The position numbers were made by a program, and so were the translations under genes. Positions 1 through 10,920 of a stretch of DNA of 64,000 nt are shown one piece after another. How positions within the stretch are numbered: the first letter of the stretch is position 1; each line of letters begins with the position of its first letter. Under the pieces are notes generated by a model. That model was not told where the DNA came from and did no database searches. It was given only the letters and a program-made list of their open reading frames with translations. Origin of the DNA: Carcharhinus amblyrhynchos (lineage: Eukaryota); NCBI GenBank assembly GCA_965287045.1, contig OZ336881.1, positions 53,816,001 through 53,880,000 of the forward strand. The letters are read 5' to 3'.

Positions 1-975
1 ATTTATTATTGTAACAAGTATTAGTATATAGTGAAAAGCACTGTTTCTTGAGCACTATACAGACAAAGCATACTGAATACATCGGGGAAAAGATAAGGAG
101 AGGGTGCAGAATGTAGTGTTACAGTCATAGCTAGGGTGTAGAGAAAGATCAACTTAATGTGAGGTAGGTCCATTCAAAAGTCAGATGGCAGCAGGGAAAA
201 CACTATTCTTGAGTTGGCTGGTACGTGTCCTCAGACTTTTGTATCTTTTCCCCAATGGAAAAAGGTGGAAGAGAATATGTCCAGAGTGCATGGGGTTCTG
301 CTTTCTTGAGGCAGTGGAAAGTGTAGACAATGTAAATGAGAGGCTGGTTTGAGTGATGGACTGGGCTTCGTTCACAACGCTTTGCAGTTTCTTGCAGTCT
401 TAGGCAGAGCAGGAGCCTTACCAAGCTGTGATACACCCAGAAGGAATGCTTTCTACAGTGTATCTGTAAAAGTTGGAGAGAGTTGTAGCAGATATGCCAA
501 ATTTCCTGACCGTTCTGAGAAAAGTAGAGGAATTGTTGGGCTTTCTTAACTATAGTGTCAGCATGGGAGGGGGGGACACTTGAAACTCTATACCATTTTT
601 ACTTCACCCGCATTGATGTAGATGGGGCACGTCCTCCACTACGCTTCCTGAAGTCAACGACTATCTCTTTCATTTTGTTGACACTGAGGGAGAGGTTATT
701 ATCGTTGCACCAGTTTACCAGATTCTCTATCTCTTTCCTGTACTCCATCTTGTCATTGTTTGAGATCTGACCCACTACGGTGGTTGTCATCAGTAAACTT
801 GAAAATTGAGTTGGAGGGGAATTTGGCCAAATAGCCATAGGTGTATGAGTATAATAAGGGACTGACGACACAGCCTTGTGGGGCACCAATGTTGAGGATG
901 ATCATGGAGAAGGTTTTCTTGCCTAGCTTTACTGACTACAGTCTGTGCGTTAGGAAGTTCGGATCTAGTCGCAGA
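1..975 (-). mobile_element. Rex1/Babar-type non-LTR retrotransposon, 3' part, degenerate with internal deletion
   Basis: Minus-strand RT-like peptide 'TTVVGQISNNDKMEYRKEIENLVNWCNDNNLSLSVNKMKEIVVDF' matches the Rex1/Babar pattern. The 3' end lies at the window edge, and the same 3' sequence recurs at about 53055-53600. Confidence 0.8.
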
Positions 976-1665
976 GGGACACAGAATTTGGAGATACAGA
1001 AATACATTTACGAGTTACCAATCCTCTGTATCTCTCCTGCATCTAGGGAAAATTATGGCAAGGCCTTCCACTACTTTCGCTAGCTCTACTTTCCATAACA
1101 ACATGGATGCATGGCACCGAGACCTGGCAACTTTATCTAGTCTAAGCATTACCAGCTTTTTCAGTTCATCCAGCCTATTAATTTTCACGACAACCAGACT
1201 GCACCCTGTTTCTTCATCACAGTCGCAAATAGCTTTGCTCAATTTGATAGATGAATAAAGTGTGGAGCCAAATAACTCCTTACCATGCCCCACACTTGAT
1301 GCTTTATAACAAACTGCCTCTAATGGAGAGTGGTGCCTATTGTAATTTGTGGATTATGTCTAATTATCTACTTATTTTTCTTTGTAAATACTGATACAAA
1401 GTACTCAATAATTATTCTAGCCTTGCCTGCACATCAAAGTTTACATCACTTTCTCTATCCCTATCCTAATAGGCCCCACTCTTACTCCTGCTTATAATTT
1501 ACATGCAGAAGATTTTTGGATTGCCTTTAAATCTTTCTATTCACATATTCTTTCTTTGCCAGTCTTATTTTCCTCTTCATTCCCTCTCTCAAGTTATTGT
1601 ATCTAAATGTTTAAGGCTGTGTTTTTCCTTTCCAATTAGTGAATTACTAAAGTACCAATTACACT

Positions 1666-1721
1666 ATTCTAAACATTCCTCCCTATCATTCTAAACATTC
1701 CTCCCTATCATTCTAAACATT
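1666..1721. repeat. 22-bp tandem repeat (ATTCTAAACATTCCTCCCTATC) x2.5
   Basis: Two exact units at 1666-1687 and 1688-1709 plus a partial unit, read directly. Confidence 0.95.
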
Positions 1722-1750
1722 TCTCTCTCATTTTGTTTTGCCAAAAGATC

Positions 1751-2663
1751 CATAAGAACATAAGAAATAGGAGCAGGAGTAGGCCATCTAGCCCTTCGAG
1801 CCTGCCCCGCCATTCAACAAGATCATGGCTGATCTGTCGCTGCTCAGTTCCACTTTCCCGCCCTCTCCCCATAACCCTTAATCCCCTCTCTTATCAAAAA
1901 CCCATCAACCCGCGTCTTAAAAATATTTAGCGAGGCAGCCTCCACCACTTCAACGGGCAGAGAATTCCAGAGATTCACCACCCTTTGAGTGAAGAAGTTC
2001 ACCCTCAACTCCGTTCTAAACCGCCCCCCTTTTATCTTGAGGCTGTGCCCCCTAGTCCTACTGTCTTTTTTGAGCGGGAAGAGTCTCTCCACCTCTATCC
2101 TATCCATCCCATTCATCATCTTATAAGTCTCAATGAGATCTCCCCTCATTCTTCTAAATTCTAACGAGTACAAGCCCAGTTTATTCAGCCTCTCCTCATA
2201 GCTCAACCCCCTCAACTCCGGTATCAGCCTAGTAAACCTCCTCTGCACTCCCTCCAAGGCCAAAATATCGTTGCGCAGGTGCGGCGCCCAAAACTGCACA
2301 CAGTACTCCAGCTGCGGCCTCACCAATGCCCTATACAGCCGCAGCAAGACCTCCCTACTTTTATATTCAATCCCCCTCGCTATGAAGGCCAGCATCCCAT
2401 TCGCCTTCCTGACCACCTGCTGCACCTGCAAGCTGGGTTTCTGCAACTCATGCACAAGGACCCCGAGGTCCCTCTGCACCGTCGCCTGTTGCAGTTTTTC
2501 GCCCCGTAAGTAATAGTCCTTCCTACCATTCTTCCTACCAAAGTGGACCACCTCACACTTGCCAACATTAAATTCCATTTGCCATTTCCTGGCCCATTCA
2601 CCCAGCCTATCTAGATCCTTCTGCAGACTCTCCACACCCTCCGCACAATTTGCCGTTCCCCCA
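1751..2663 (-). mobile_element. Young 5'-truncated CR1 LINE (ORF2 C-terminus plus 3' UTR)
   Basis: Uninterrupted frame with CR1 motifs (LQKDLDRLGEWARKWQMEFNVGKC, LYRALVRPQLEYCVQFWAP, RTRGHSLK). Ends in a (TTCTTATG)n-type tail at 1751-1766. Many CpGs are intact. Confidence 0.93.
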
Positions 2664-2711
2664 TCCCACACAATCATGGTCCAGAAAAAAGTAATTTCTT
2701 ACAATCTGGAG

Positions 2712-4215
2712 TGTAACGAATGCAAGGAATTAATCAACAACAAAGCAGATAAACAAGCAGGTTTATCTTGGAGAAACAACTATATATAGGACAGTGATAA
2801 GAAAGCTTGAAAACTCAACAACTCCTCGACTCCAACCATCAATTCAACCATCCCTCCGCTATTGGTCATGTAACCTCTGATATCTCCCTCCCCCTTCAAT
2901 AATTTATTAATTAATATTTTACAACAACAATAAAACTCAGCAAACGGTGGAGGACAGCAGTGGTGGTGGTTGGGGGGGGGGGGTGGGTGGTTGTAGAGGA
3001 GAGTGTTCTGGTATTGAAACTTAACAAAAACTCCCAATAAGTAAGTCTATCTGAAGATTTTCTAATTTGTTGAGAGCACTGAAATTCTCTAACAGGCACT
3101 TCATCAGTATGTAGTTTCATCTATGATGACAGCAGGAAGGCTTTCAGTTTGCATAGGTGCTTCAAGTAATCGCTCTAATTCCCACCAGAATGTTACGCGA
3201 CTCCTTCTCAGGGTCACTGGATTTGGTTCCAAATGGGCTGCAGCCCATTAACTGGCATAGCAGGGCCAAACTGCTCAATTGGTACTACATGTGGTTCTCT
3301 TCCCTTCAGTTGGTTCACATACTTTTTCATTCTCTTCCCTTGTCTGTCAACTACATACGACACTGGACCTGTCTTGGCCCTGATCATCTCACAGACCCGA
3401 CTCAAATCACTATTGAAATTTCTTATATAAACTAAACTGCTTACCCGAAAAACCCTCATAACCTTGGTGGAGTCATGAAATCGCTTCTGCGTATCTTGTT
3501 CTGCCTCTATCCTCCCCACCAAACTTGGAAATATTAAATTGAGTCTTGTCCAAAGGTGTCTTCCCAACAACAGGGTAACTCCTGTCATTGCGTGAATTGT
3601 TCTATACGTTAGTAGAAAACTGGCTATTCAAAGTTGTAGAAGCTCAGAAAACTGTTTTTTCAGGGCAAATTTAAACATCTGGATGGCCGTTTCAGCTAAT
3701 CCGTTTCAGGCCACACGATAGAGGGCTGTTCCTTACATGTCAAGTCCCACATTCGCAGAAAGTGTTGAAATTCTTCACTCGCAAATGCAGTCCCATGTCA
3801 GAGACCAGAGCTTCTAGCAACTCATAAGGCAAACATCTGGCATAGTTTATCAATTGTGATCAAGGATGTCATGGTTTTCATCACATGAATATCCATTCAA
3901 TTCAAATGAGCATCGATAAGGAGAAACATGCTGCCCATGAAGAGGCCCGCAAAATCAACATGAGTTGCACCCACTGCCGAACTTGCCGTTCCTACAGGTC
4001 AGTATGGCAAACTTTGCTACACTTGATACTGATTGCAATGTCTAATGACATATTCAATACATTTATCTATCCCAGGCCTCCACACGTAATTCTGGACTAA
4101 CATTTTCATTTTTGCCATACTGGGGTGTACACAGTGCAATTCTTGTAATAACGTTTTTCAAGCAGGAATAGGAACGACCATTTTGATTCCCCACAATTGT
4201 ATTCCATCTTTGCAA
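2712..4215 (-). mobile_element. Gypsy/Ty3 LTR retrotransposon remnant (integrase, PPT, probable short 3' LTR)
   Basis: Minus strand gives HVDFAG (integrase core) and 'GRHLWTRLNL...TGPVSYVV' (C-terminal region). A polypurine tract AAGGGGGAGGGAGA lies at about 2884-2897. LTR limits are uncertain. Confidence 0.8.
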
Positions 4216-4216
4216 C

Positions 4217-4665
4217 TCAGCTCATCCTTTCTGATTTTTTAACTATAGCATCAGCGTGGAGGAACCAGGACAGATTGTTGGTGACCTGAACATCTAGAAA
4301 CATGAAGCTCTCGACCATTTCTACTTCATCACCTTTGATGTAGGTAGGGGCACGTCCTCCACTATGTTTCCCGAAGTCAATGACTATCTCCTTTGTTTTG
4401 CTGACACTGAGGGAGAGATTATTGTCATCACACCATTTTGCCAGTATCTCTATCTTTTGCCTGAAATCTGTCATGTCATTTCTTGAAATCCGACCCACTA
4501 CAGCGGTGTCATCAGCAAACTTAAAAATGCAGTAGGAGCAGAATTTGGCCATGCAGTCATAAGTGTATAAATAGTATAGTAAGGGGCTGAGGACACAGCC
4601 TTGCAGGACATCAGTGTTGAGGATAACCATGGAGAAGGTATCATTACCTATCTTTACTGACTGGA
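4217..4665 (-). mobile_element. Rex1/Babar RT fragment
   Basis: ORF 4217-4630 carries QGCVLSPLLY, KFADDTAVVG and WCDDNNLSLSVSKTKEIVIDF. Homologous to 590-950. Confidence 0.88.
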
Positions 4666-5670
4666 GTCAAATCTAGCACAAAGGAAGACCGTTATCATTG
4701 TTAGAGATCAATCAACTCAGTCCTTGGACATTGCTGCAGGTGTTCTTGAGGACAGTGTCCTAGGTCCAACCATCTTCAGTTGTTTCATCAGTCAGAAGTG
4801 GGGAAGTTCACAAATATTGCACAATGTTCAGCACCGCTCGCAACTCCTCAGATACTGAAGTAACCCCATGTCGTATGCAGGAAGATTGGGCAATGTTCTG
4901 GCTTGGTCTGATGAGTGGCAAGTAACATTCGTGCCACACAAGTATCAGGCACTAACCACCTCCAAGGTGGGAGAACCTAACCATCTCTTCTTAACATTCA
5001 ATGGCAATGCCTTGTTGAATCTCCTACTTTTAACACCCTAGGGATTACCACTGACCTGAAACAGAACTTTCATATACTGGCTCTGCATGTGCGACTTCTG
5101 ACTGGGAATAGTGCGGCGACTAACTCACTTCCTAACTCACCAAAGTCTGTTTCACTATCTGTAAGGAGTGTCAGGAGTGTGAGGAATATTCTCCACTTAC
5201 CTGGATGAGTGCAGCTCCAACTGCACTCAAGAAAGTCAATACCATCCAGGACAAAGCAGTCTGCTGGATTGGTACCCCATCCGTCACCTTCAGCATCCAT
5301 TCCCTTCATCACTGATGCACAATGTGTACCATTCACAAGGTGCACTGCAGCAATTCATCAAAGTTCCTTCGCGAGCACCTTGCAAACCCATGACCGGTAC
5401 CACCTAGAAAAGTAGCAGGTACATGGGAACTCCACCATCTGTAAATTCCCCTCCAAGCCACACACCACACTGGCTCAATACCACATAATTATTTATTCAC
5501 TGTCACTGGGTCAAAATCTTCGTAACAGCATTTTGAGTGTACCTACATCACATGGACTGCAGAGTTCAAGAAGACGGTTCACCACCACCTTCTCAAAGGC
5601 AGTTAGGGATGGGCTATAAATGCTGGCCTATCTAGCAACGTCCACAGACTGTGAATAATGATGATAAAGA
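4666..5670 (+). mobile_element. Degenerate CR1/L2-group LINE (Zenon/Jockey-like, clade uncertain), 3' part
   Basis: Decayed GVxxxSVLGPTIFSCFI and SEVG motifs followed by a 3' UTR. The same family occurs at 11363-14155, 15295-15805 and about 34020-34870. Confidence 0.7.
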
Positions 5671-6324
5671 CAATTCTAGCAAAAAGGTGTAATACAGGTT
5701 GAATGCAGATCAAACCAATGAGTTGAATTAGTAGTATCCTGTATAGTAGCACTGTGGTGAAAGCACTGGACTAATAATCTGAAGTCCTGTACAAATTCTA
5801 TCATGGAATGTTATGTAATGGAATTTAATAAAACTAGTAGTCTGCAGGCTGGTATTATATAAAGTAACAAGAAGCTGCCACCTTATCAAACAATGCACTG
5901 ATGTCTAAAAGAGAAGGAATTCTACAACAGCCAGTTGATCTGGTCTATTCACCTCCATGAAATGGCCTAGCAAGAAATTCAATTTATAAAAACAGTCACT
6001 AGAAGAAGACCTAGCACCAACATCTCAAGGGAATGGGCAATATAACAGCCTTGCTAGAGTTGTTATATCCTGATAAAATTTCTGCAAGGTCACCAGCAAT
6101 AGGATGTAATTACAGCATGAATGTTTACATACACAATTTCCATTATAAATTTGGATACAAGAATTTATAGTTTAAGTACATAAAAATTACAGGGCATACA
6201 ACTTTAAATGATGACGGAATTCATTTACATGCCCATGCCAAGGCTAATTATCCCCCATCTTTCAACCCTGAAGGTTGCACTTGGTGTTGATTATGCAAAG
6301 CCACAAAAGCTTTAACATAACAAT

Positions 6325-6540
6325 GTAAGAGCAAAATACTCTGGATGCTGGAAATCTGAATAAAACCAGAAATTCTGGAAACACGCAACAAGTCTGGCTG
6401 CATCTGTGCCAAGAGAAACAAACATAATTCTTGAAGTTGATGACCTCTCATGTGAATCTAATAAATTAATTTCAGTTTAGCTTTCCACAGATGCTGCTAG
6501 ACTTCTAAAATGTTTCTAACATTACCTGTTTTTTATTTTA
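6325..6540. mobile_element. Palindromic Penelope-derived short element
   Basis: Inverted arms (GCATCTGTG ... CACAGATGC) and similarity to the copy at 10695-10920. Confidence 0.6.
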
Positions 6541-6774
6541 AAGTAACAACAGCGTTGAAAATAATATGGCCAGACTTGAGCATCATATCTTTTCAACTGC
6601 TTATATTCAGAGTGTACATTTCCTGAACTTTAAAAAGCTACTCCCTTAGAGAAACTTTGTCTTTTTCCAACCAACTTTTCATTTGACCTTACATTCCACC
6701 AAAATAGAAAAAGTTATTTTAATTCTCACCAAGAATTCAATTTCAAATAAAACACAGACAAGTACAACAAAGAT

Positions 6775-8100
6775 CATGATTTTCCGACCGCGTTTGCCTA
6801 GCGTAAATCGCGCTAATCTAGGAAAATTGCTGATTTTGCACTTGGTGCTAAATGGTTCGCAATCTTCCTGGTATCTTTCTGCTGATGTATACTGAATATC
6901 GCCCAGAAAGGGCCTGATGCTAATTAGCATGAGATTAACTTGATTTCAATCTCATTAGCATGTTTGGCACATGATCATTCCCCCTCCCAGAATGTTTCCA
7001 TGCCCTCCGGAAGGAAATCACATGGACTCAATCACTACTGGTCCCGTGAAGCATAGGCCAGATGCCATAGATTGAGAGGGCAAGTGAGGAGGTGAGTACT
7101 GTTTAACACTAACCTCCAGAGGGCAAAATGGCAAGTCAGTTGGTGTCATGGCATGGTGTGGGAGGTTTTCAAGGGTGCAGGAGCTTGGTGGGGTCAAAGG
7201 CCCACAGGTCCTAGGTTGGTGCTCATGTGGCAAGTATTTTCACTGGCTGTTGAGAGCTCTTGTGGGACTGCCAATGATGCCAATTGCAAAACACACTGAT
7301 GTCACACTGGTTACCCTGCTTAAAAGGTTCTGTGATTTATTTTTAACATTCCTCCCAGACACTACTAACAGTTACAAACACATGAGGAGGGCTCGGAGGC
7401 CACTGAAGCCCCCAGTGGTCGAGGAGATGGCTGGCCATTGCCCACCTGGTAGTGCCAACTGACATCCTGGCACTGCCAGGTGGGCAACACTTGGGTGCTG
7501 GGGCCAGTGCCAAGGGGGCTATGGCATGAGGAGGGTGCAGCCTAATGGGGCTGGGTCATGAAGGAGGGGGTCATGAAGTGGGAGGGGGGGTGGGGAGGAT
7601 GGGGGAGGGGGCAGTCATGAAAGGGGGGAGGTCATGAAAGGGGGTGAGTCATGAAGGGGGTAGTCATGAACAGGGGAAGGAGTCATGAACGGGAGCAGGG
7701 AAGTCATAAAGGGGGAAGGGGAATCATGAAAGGGGGAAGGGCAGAAAGACATGAAGAGGGGCCCCATTGGGAGTACCTTAATGTCCTGAAACCAGCAATC
7801 TTAGTTGGGGTGGAGAAACATCTCTTCAAAGAGGGGAGTGCGTAGGGGGGGGTCCCTAATGTCAGTGGGGATGGGAAAAGGGGTCCTTAATTTCAATTTG
7901 AGATCAGAGCACCCTTTAAAAATGGCACCCAATCTTGTGAAGTTAGGCTTACAGGCACATTTAGACCATTAATTTACACTAGTATGAAACTCATCATTCT
8001 CTCACACTCTCCTGTGGGAAGATTGCGATTTGATTCAATGGATCACACTTGTTTCATCATCCAAAACGACACCTAGCAATTTTTGGGGAAACGTCCACCC
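6775..8100. mobile_element. Non-autonomous DNA transposon (PIF/Harbinger-like) with internal G-rich minisatellite
   Basis: Shares GC-rich internal blocks (GGCACTGCC...GTGCC...AAGGGG) with the element at 12984-13755. No coding capacity seen. Superfamily is inferred. Confidence 0.45.
7550..7760 (+). repeat. G-rich minisatellite, about 10 degenerate units of (GTCATGAA-G4-7)
   Basis: Repeated CATGAA followed by G runs, read directly. Confidence 0.85.
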
Positions 8101-8284
8101 ACAACCTTGATGCATACCCTGCAGCAAAGATCATCATAGCTTACACTCACCAAATGATGACCCTAGTTCTTTTCTCCAACCAAAGCATGAGAAATTCATC
8201 TATTTTAAGTTTTCAGAGCGCTATGTTTTCATCGGTTTTTTTTGGCCCCGCCATCAGATGTCTAGAGAAACTCTTTAGAAATAT

Positions 8285-8542
8285 TTATTTATTATTGTCA
8301 CAAGTAGGCTTACATTCACACTCCAATGAAGTTACTGTGAAAATCCCCTAGTTGCCTCACTCTGGCACCTGTTCAAGTGCACTGAGGTAGAATTTAGCAA
8401 AACAAGAACACCCGGAAGAAACCCATGTAGACATGGGGAGAACATGCAAACTCCGCACAGACAGTGACCACGGCCAGGAATCAAACCCAGTTCCCTGGCA
8501 CTATGAGGCGGCAGTGCTTATCACTGTACCACCGTGCCGCCC
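8285..8542 (-). mobile_element. tRNA-derived V-SINE (HE1-like head and core)
   Basis: Minus strand starts GGGCGGCACGGTGGTACAGTG with A/B boxes and continues into the V-domain GTCACTGTCTGTGCGGAGTTTGCATGTTCTCCCC. Confidence 0.85.
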
Positions 8543-8950
8543 ACCTCTTAAGATGTGATGAATAAACATAATCCTAAAAAGGCAGGGAGGAAGGAAGAAA
8601 TTTGGGGATAGGAGGAGGTTTACCTAGCCCCAACTTTCTAAGGCACAATGCATGCAGATTGCTTATGTTTCCTCCACGCCGACGGATGACAACAAACTGC
8701 ACAGGGCCCACGATCTGCCAAGATCATGTGGGGTCTGGAGGGGAGGGACAGAGGTGCTCCATTATTTAAAATAAAATGTCTCTCCTCCCAAATCGTTTGA
8801 CAGATGGAAGTTATGTACAAGCAGGAGCGGCAGAGCAGGCAGCGGGCCTCCCCTGCTTGGGCTGTGCACTCCTCTCAAGTCAGCCAAAAGAAGATGGCAA
8901 AACATCGCGGGGGTAAAGCCTGGGCACCGAGACCTCACTCACTCACTCAC

Positions 8951-9000
8951 CAGCTGCCGCCCGGAGTACGCAGAGCTTGCTTGGTGGTCGCGGCGAACAT
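8951..9000 (-). CDS. GPATCH2: GPATCH2 (G-patch domain protein 2) coding exon 1; gene continues beyond the left edge
   Basis: Reads MFAATTKQALRTPGGS(W), resembling the recalled human N-terminus MFGAAGRQPIGAPAAGNSW. Ends in a split Trp codon (TG|) with a GTGAGT donor. Head-to-head with SPATA17 as in mammals. Confidence 0.85.
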
Positions 9001-9381
9001 CCAAGGTGCTTTAAAAGAGGTGGAGGGTGATAGGGGAGCCCGGCTGACCGTAAATTGTGATGATAAACAACTGTCAGGTATTTGCCTTTAACCAACTCCA
9101 CCATGCCCGGCCCGAGGGACGACGGGAAGCAAGCAGTCCACCGGAAGGGAGGCTCCAACAATCCGACTAGGCCTCACACCGGCCTCTCGCCGCGGTCCAC
9201 ACAACCAGCCGGACGGCGAGTAAAGCATGCGTTTGCATCTTTAAAAGATTTTTTTTAAAAAAAACCCCTCGGTGACCGGGATTTGAGCGACGAAGTCAGT
9301 TTATCGCAGCCCTTCTCTTGAGAGCCGTGGAGACCGAGTGTGGAACTGGCCCCGTCACCATAGCAACGGCCACAACTAAAG
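9001..9381. promoter_or_regulatory. Bidirectional CpG-island promoter and 5' UTRs of GPATCH2/SPATA17
   Basis: CpG-rich stretch (about 8950-9720) in otherwise CpG-depleted DNA, with divergent start codons 381 bp apart and a T8A8 tract at 9249-9264. Confidence 0.85.
9354..9367 (+). promoter_or_regulatory. RFX X-box
   Basis: GTCACCATAGCAAC fits the RFX consensus GTNRCC(N0-3)RGYAAC. It lies 14 bp upstream of the SPATA17 ATG. Confidence 0.75.
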
Positions 9382-9449
9382 ATGGCGACGCTGGCGAGGC
9401 TGAGGTCGGAGGTGCGGGGGCTGAGTGAGCAATATTTCCGCAAGCACTG
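9382..9449 (+). CDS. SPATA17: SPATA17 coding exon 1 (68 nt)
   Basis: MATLARLRSEVRGLSEQYFRKH(W) versus recalled human MATLARLQARSSTVGNQYYFRNS. Good Kozak context AAGATGG and donor GTAAGG, phase 2. Confidence 0.93.
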
Positions 9450-9494
9450 GTAAGGGACACACTGCCCTGAGTTCACCTGAGAGAGACCGCCACC

Positions 9495-10332
9495 AGACAA
9501 GCGACACCTCGCCGCTGTGGGGGAATTAAGTATCACTAACGTCCGACCCCGATTACTTTCAAAAGTGGAGGAACGCGACGTAGCGGGAAAGTTGAGTCGT
9601 GGCTGTCTGGCAATAAAATAGCGGTTTTAATGTTTAAAGTTTAGTGTCACGCTGCAATGAAATTACTATGAAAATGCCTTCGTCGCCACAGTCCGGCGCC
9701 CGTTCGGGTACACTGAAGGAGAATTTAGCATAGCCAATGAACTTAACCAGCGCATCTCCCACACAGTGGGAGGAAACTGGAGGAAACCCACAGAGACACA
9801 GGGAGAACGTGCAGACTCTGCACAGACAGTGACCCAAGCTGGGAATCAAACCCATGTCCCTGGCACTGTGATGCAGCAGTGCAAACCACTATGCCATAGT
9901 AGAGTTTTGCCCCTAGACAAGCTGCTGTGAGGGAATTAATTATCATTAATATCCCACCCTGTTTACTTTCAAAAGTGGAGGAACACGACGTAGTGGGAAA
10001 GTTGAGCCACGGCTGTTAGGCAACAAAATAGCGATTTTTAATGTTTAAAGTTTAGTGTCACAAGTAGGCTTACTTACATTAACATTGCAATTAAATTACT
10101 GTGAAAAGGCCTTAGTCGCCACACTCCAGTGCCTGTTTGGGTACACTGAGGGAGAATTTAGCATGGCCAGTGAACTTAACTAGCACATTTCCCATACCGT
10201 GGGAGGAAACCAGAGCACCCAGAGGGAATCCATACAGACCCTGCACAGACAGTGACCCAAGCTGGAATTGAACCCAGGTCCCTGGCATTGTGATGCAACA
10301 CTGCTAACCACTATGCCATACCGGAGTTTTGC
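9495..10332. repeat. Tandem duplication of an about 420-bp unit (unique intron sequence plus a minus-strand V-SINE)
   Basis: TTACTTTCAAAAGTGGAGGAAC and TTTTAATGTTTAAAGTTTAGTGTCAC each occur twice about 410 bp apart. Each copy is followed by an HE1-like SINE (about 9630-9900 and 10040-10322). Confidence 0.9.
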
Positions 10333-10694
10333 TGCTATGCTTTTTTTTTAACTAGTTGTAAATATTTTGATACGGGCATCCGACCCAAACTTTGTATGCT
10401 ATGTGTAATGGGATGCTCTGCATTTAATGTGGAATTTGAATGGGGAAGTAGAGTTGGTCCAGGATATCAACATCCCAGAATCCAAGATTTTAGTATTATT
10501 TATTTGGGATTAGCATGCACAACCTTACTGGTATCTTCTGGCTTGTTACTGACCCGCACACAAATTGGCAGAGGAAAATTAGAAGGTTAAAGAGTGATGT
10601 GGAAGCAGGGGTTTTGATTCATGGGGCACTGGTGCCAGTTCTGGGGAAAGAGAGAGCTAGTCCTTTGAGATGTGTTGTACATAAAGTAAGATAA

Positions 10695-10920
10695 AGGTAA
10701 AATACTGTGGTTGCTGGAATCTGAAACGAAACAGAAAAACGTTGGAAAATCACGTCAGGTCTGACAGTATCTGTGGAGAGAGAGTAGAGCAAATGTTTCG
10801 TGTCTAGATGACCCTTCGTCAGAGCTGGTGTGACGAAGGGTCATCTAGACTCTCAACATTGGCTCTATTTTCCAGAGATGCTGTCAGACCTGCTGAGATT
10901 TTCCAGCATTTTTCCATTTT
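10695..10920. mobile_element. Palindromic Penelope-derived short element
   Basis: Perfect 20-bp inverted repeat at 10802-10821 and 10831-10850 with a 9-nt loop, extended by imperfect arms of about 100 bp. Confidence 0.75.

Noticed and set aside
1844-2677. 277-aa ORF as a host gene
   Set aside because: It is the C-terminus of CR1 ORF2, and its Met comes from flanking sequence beyond the truncation.
8470-8542. tRNA-like A/B boxes
   Set aside because: SINE head with no cloverleaf, not a tRNA gene. The same applies at about 9830-9900, 10250-10322 and 26370-26455.
1-8950. GPATCH2 exon 2 ([20 protein letters not shown]...)
   Set aside because: No such minus-strand frame was found, so it should lie left of the window.
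9255-9536. 93-aa ORF antisense to SPATA17 exon 1
   Set aside because: GC-rich island ORF with a non-ATG start and no recognisable similarity.
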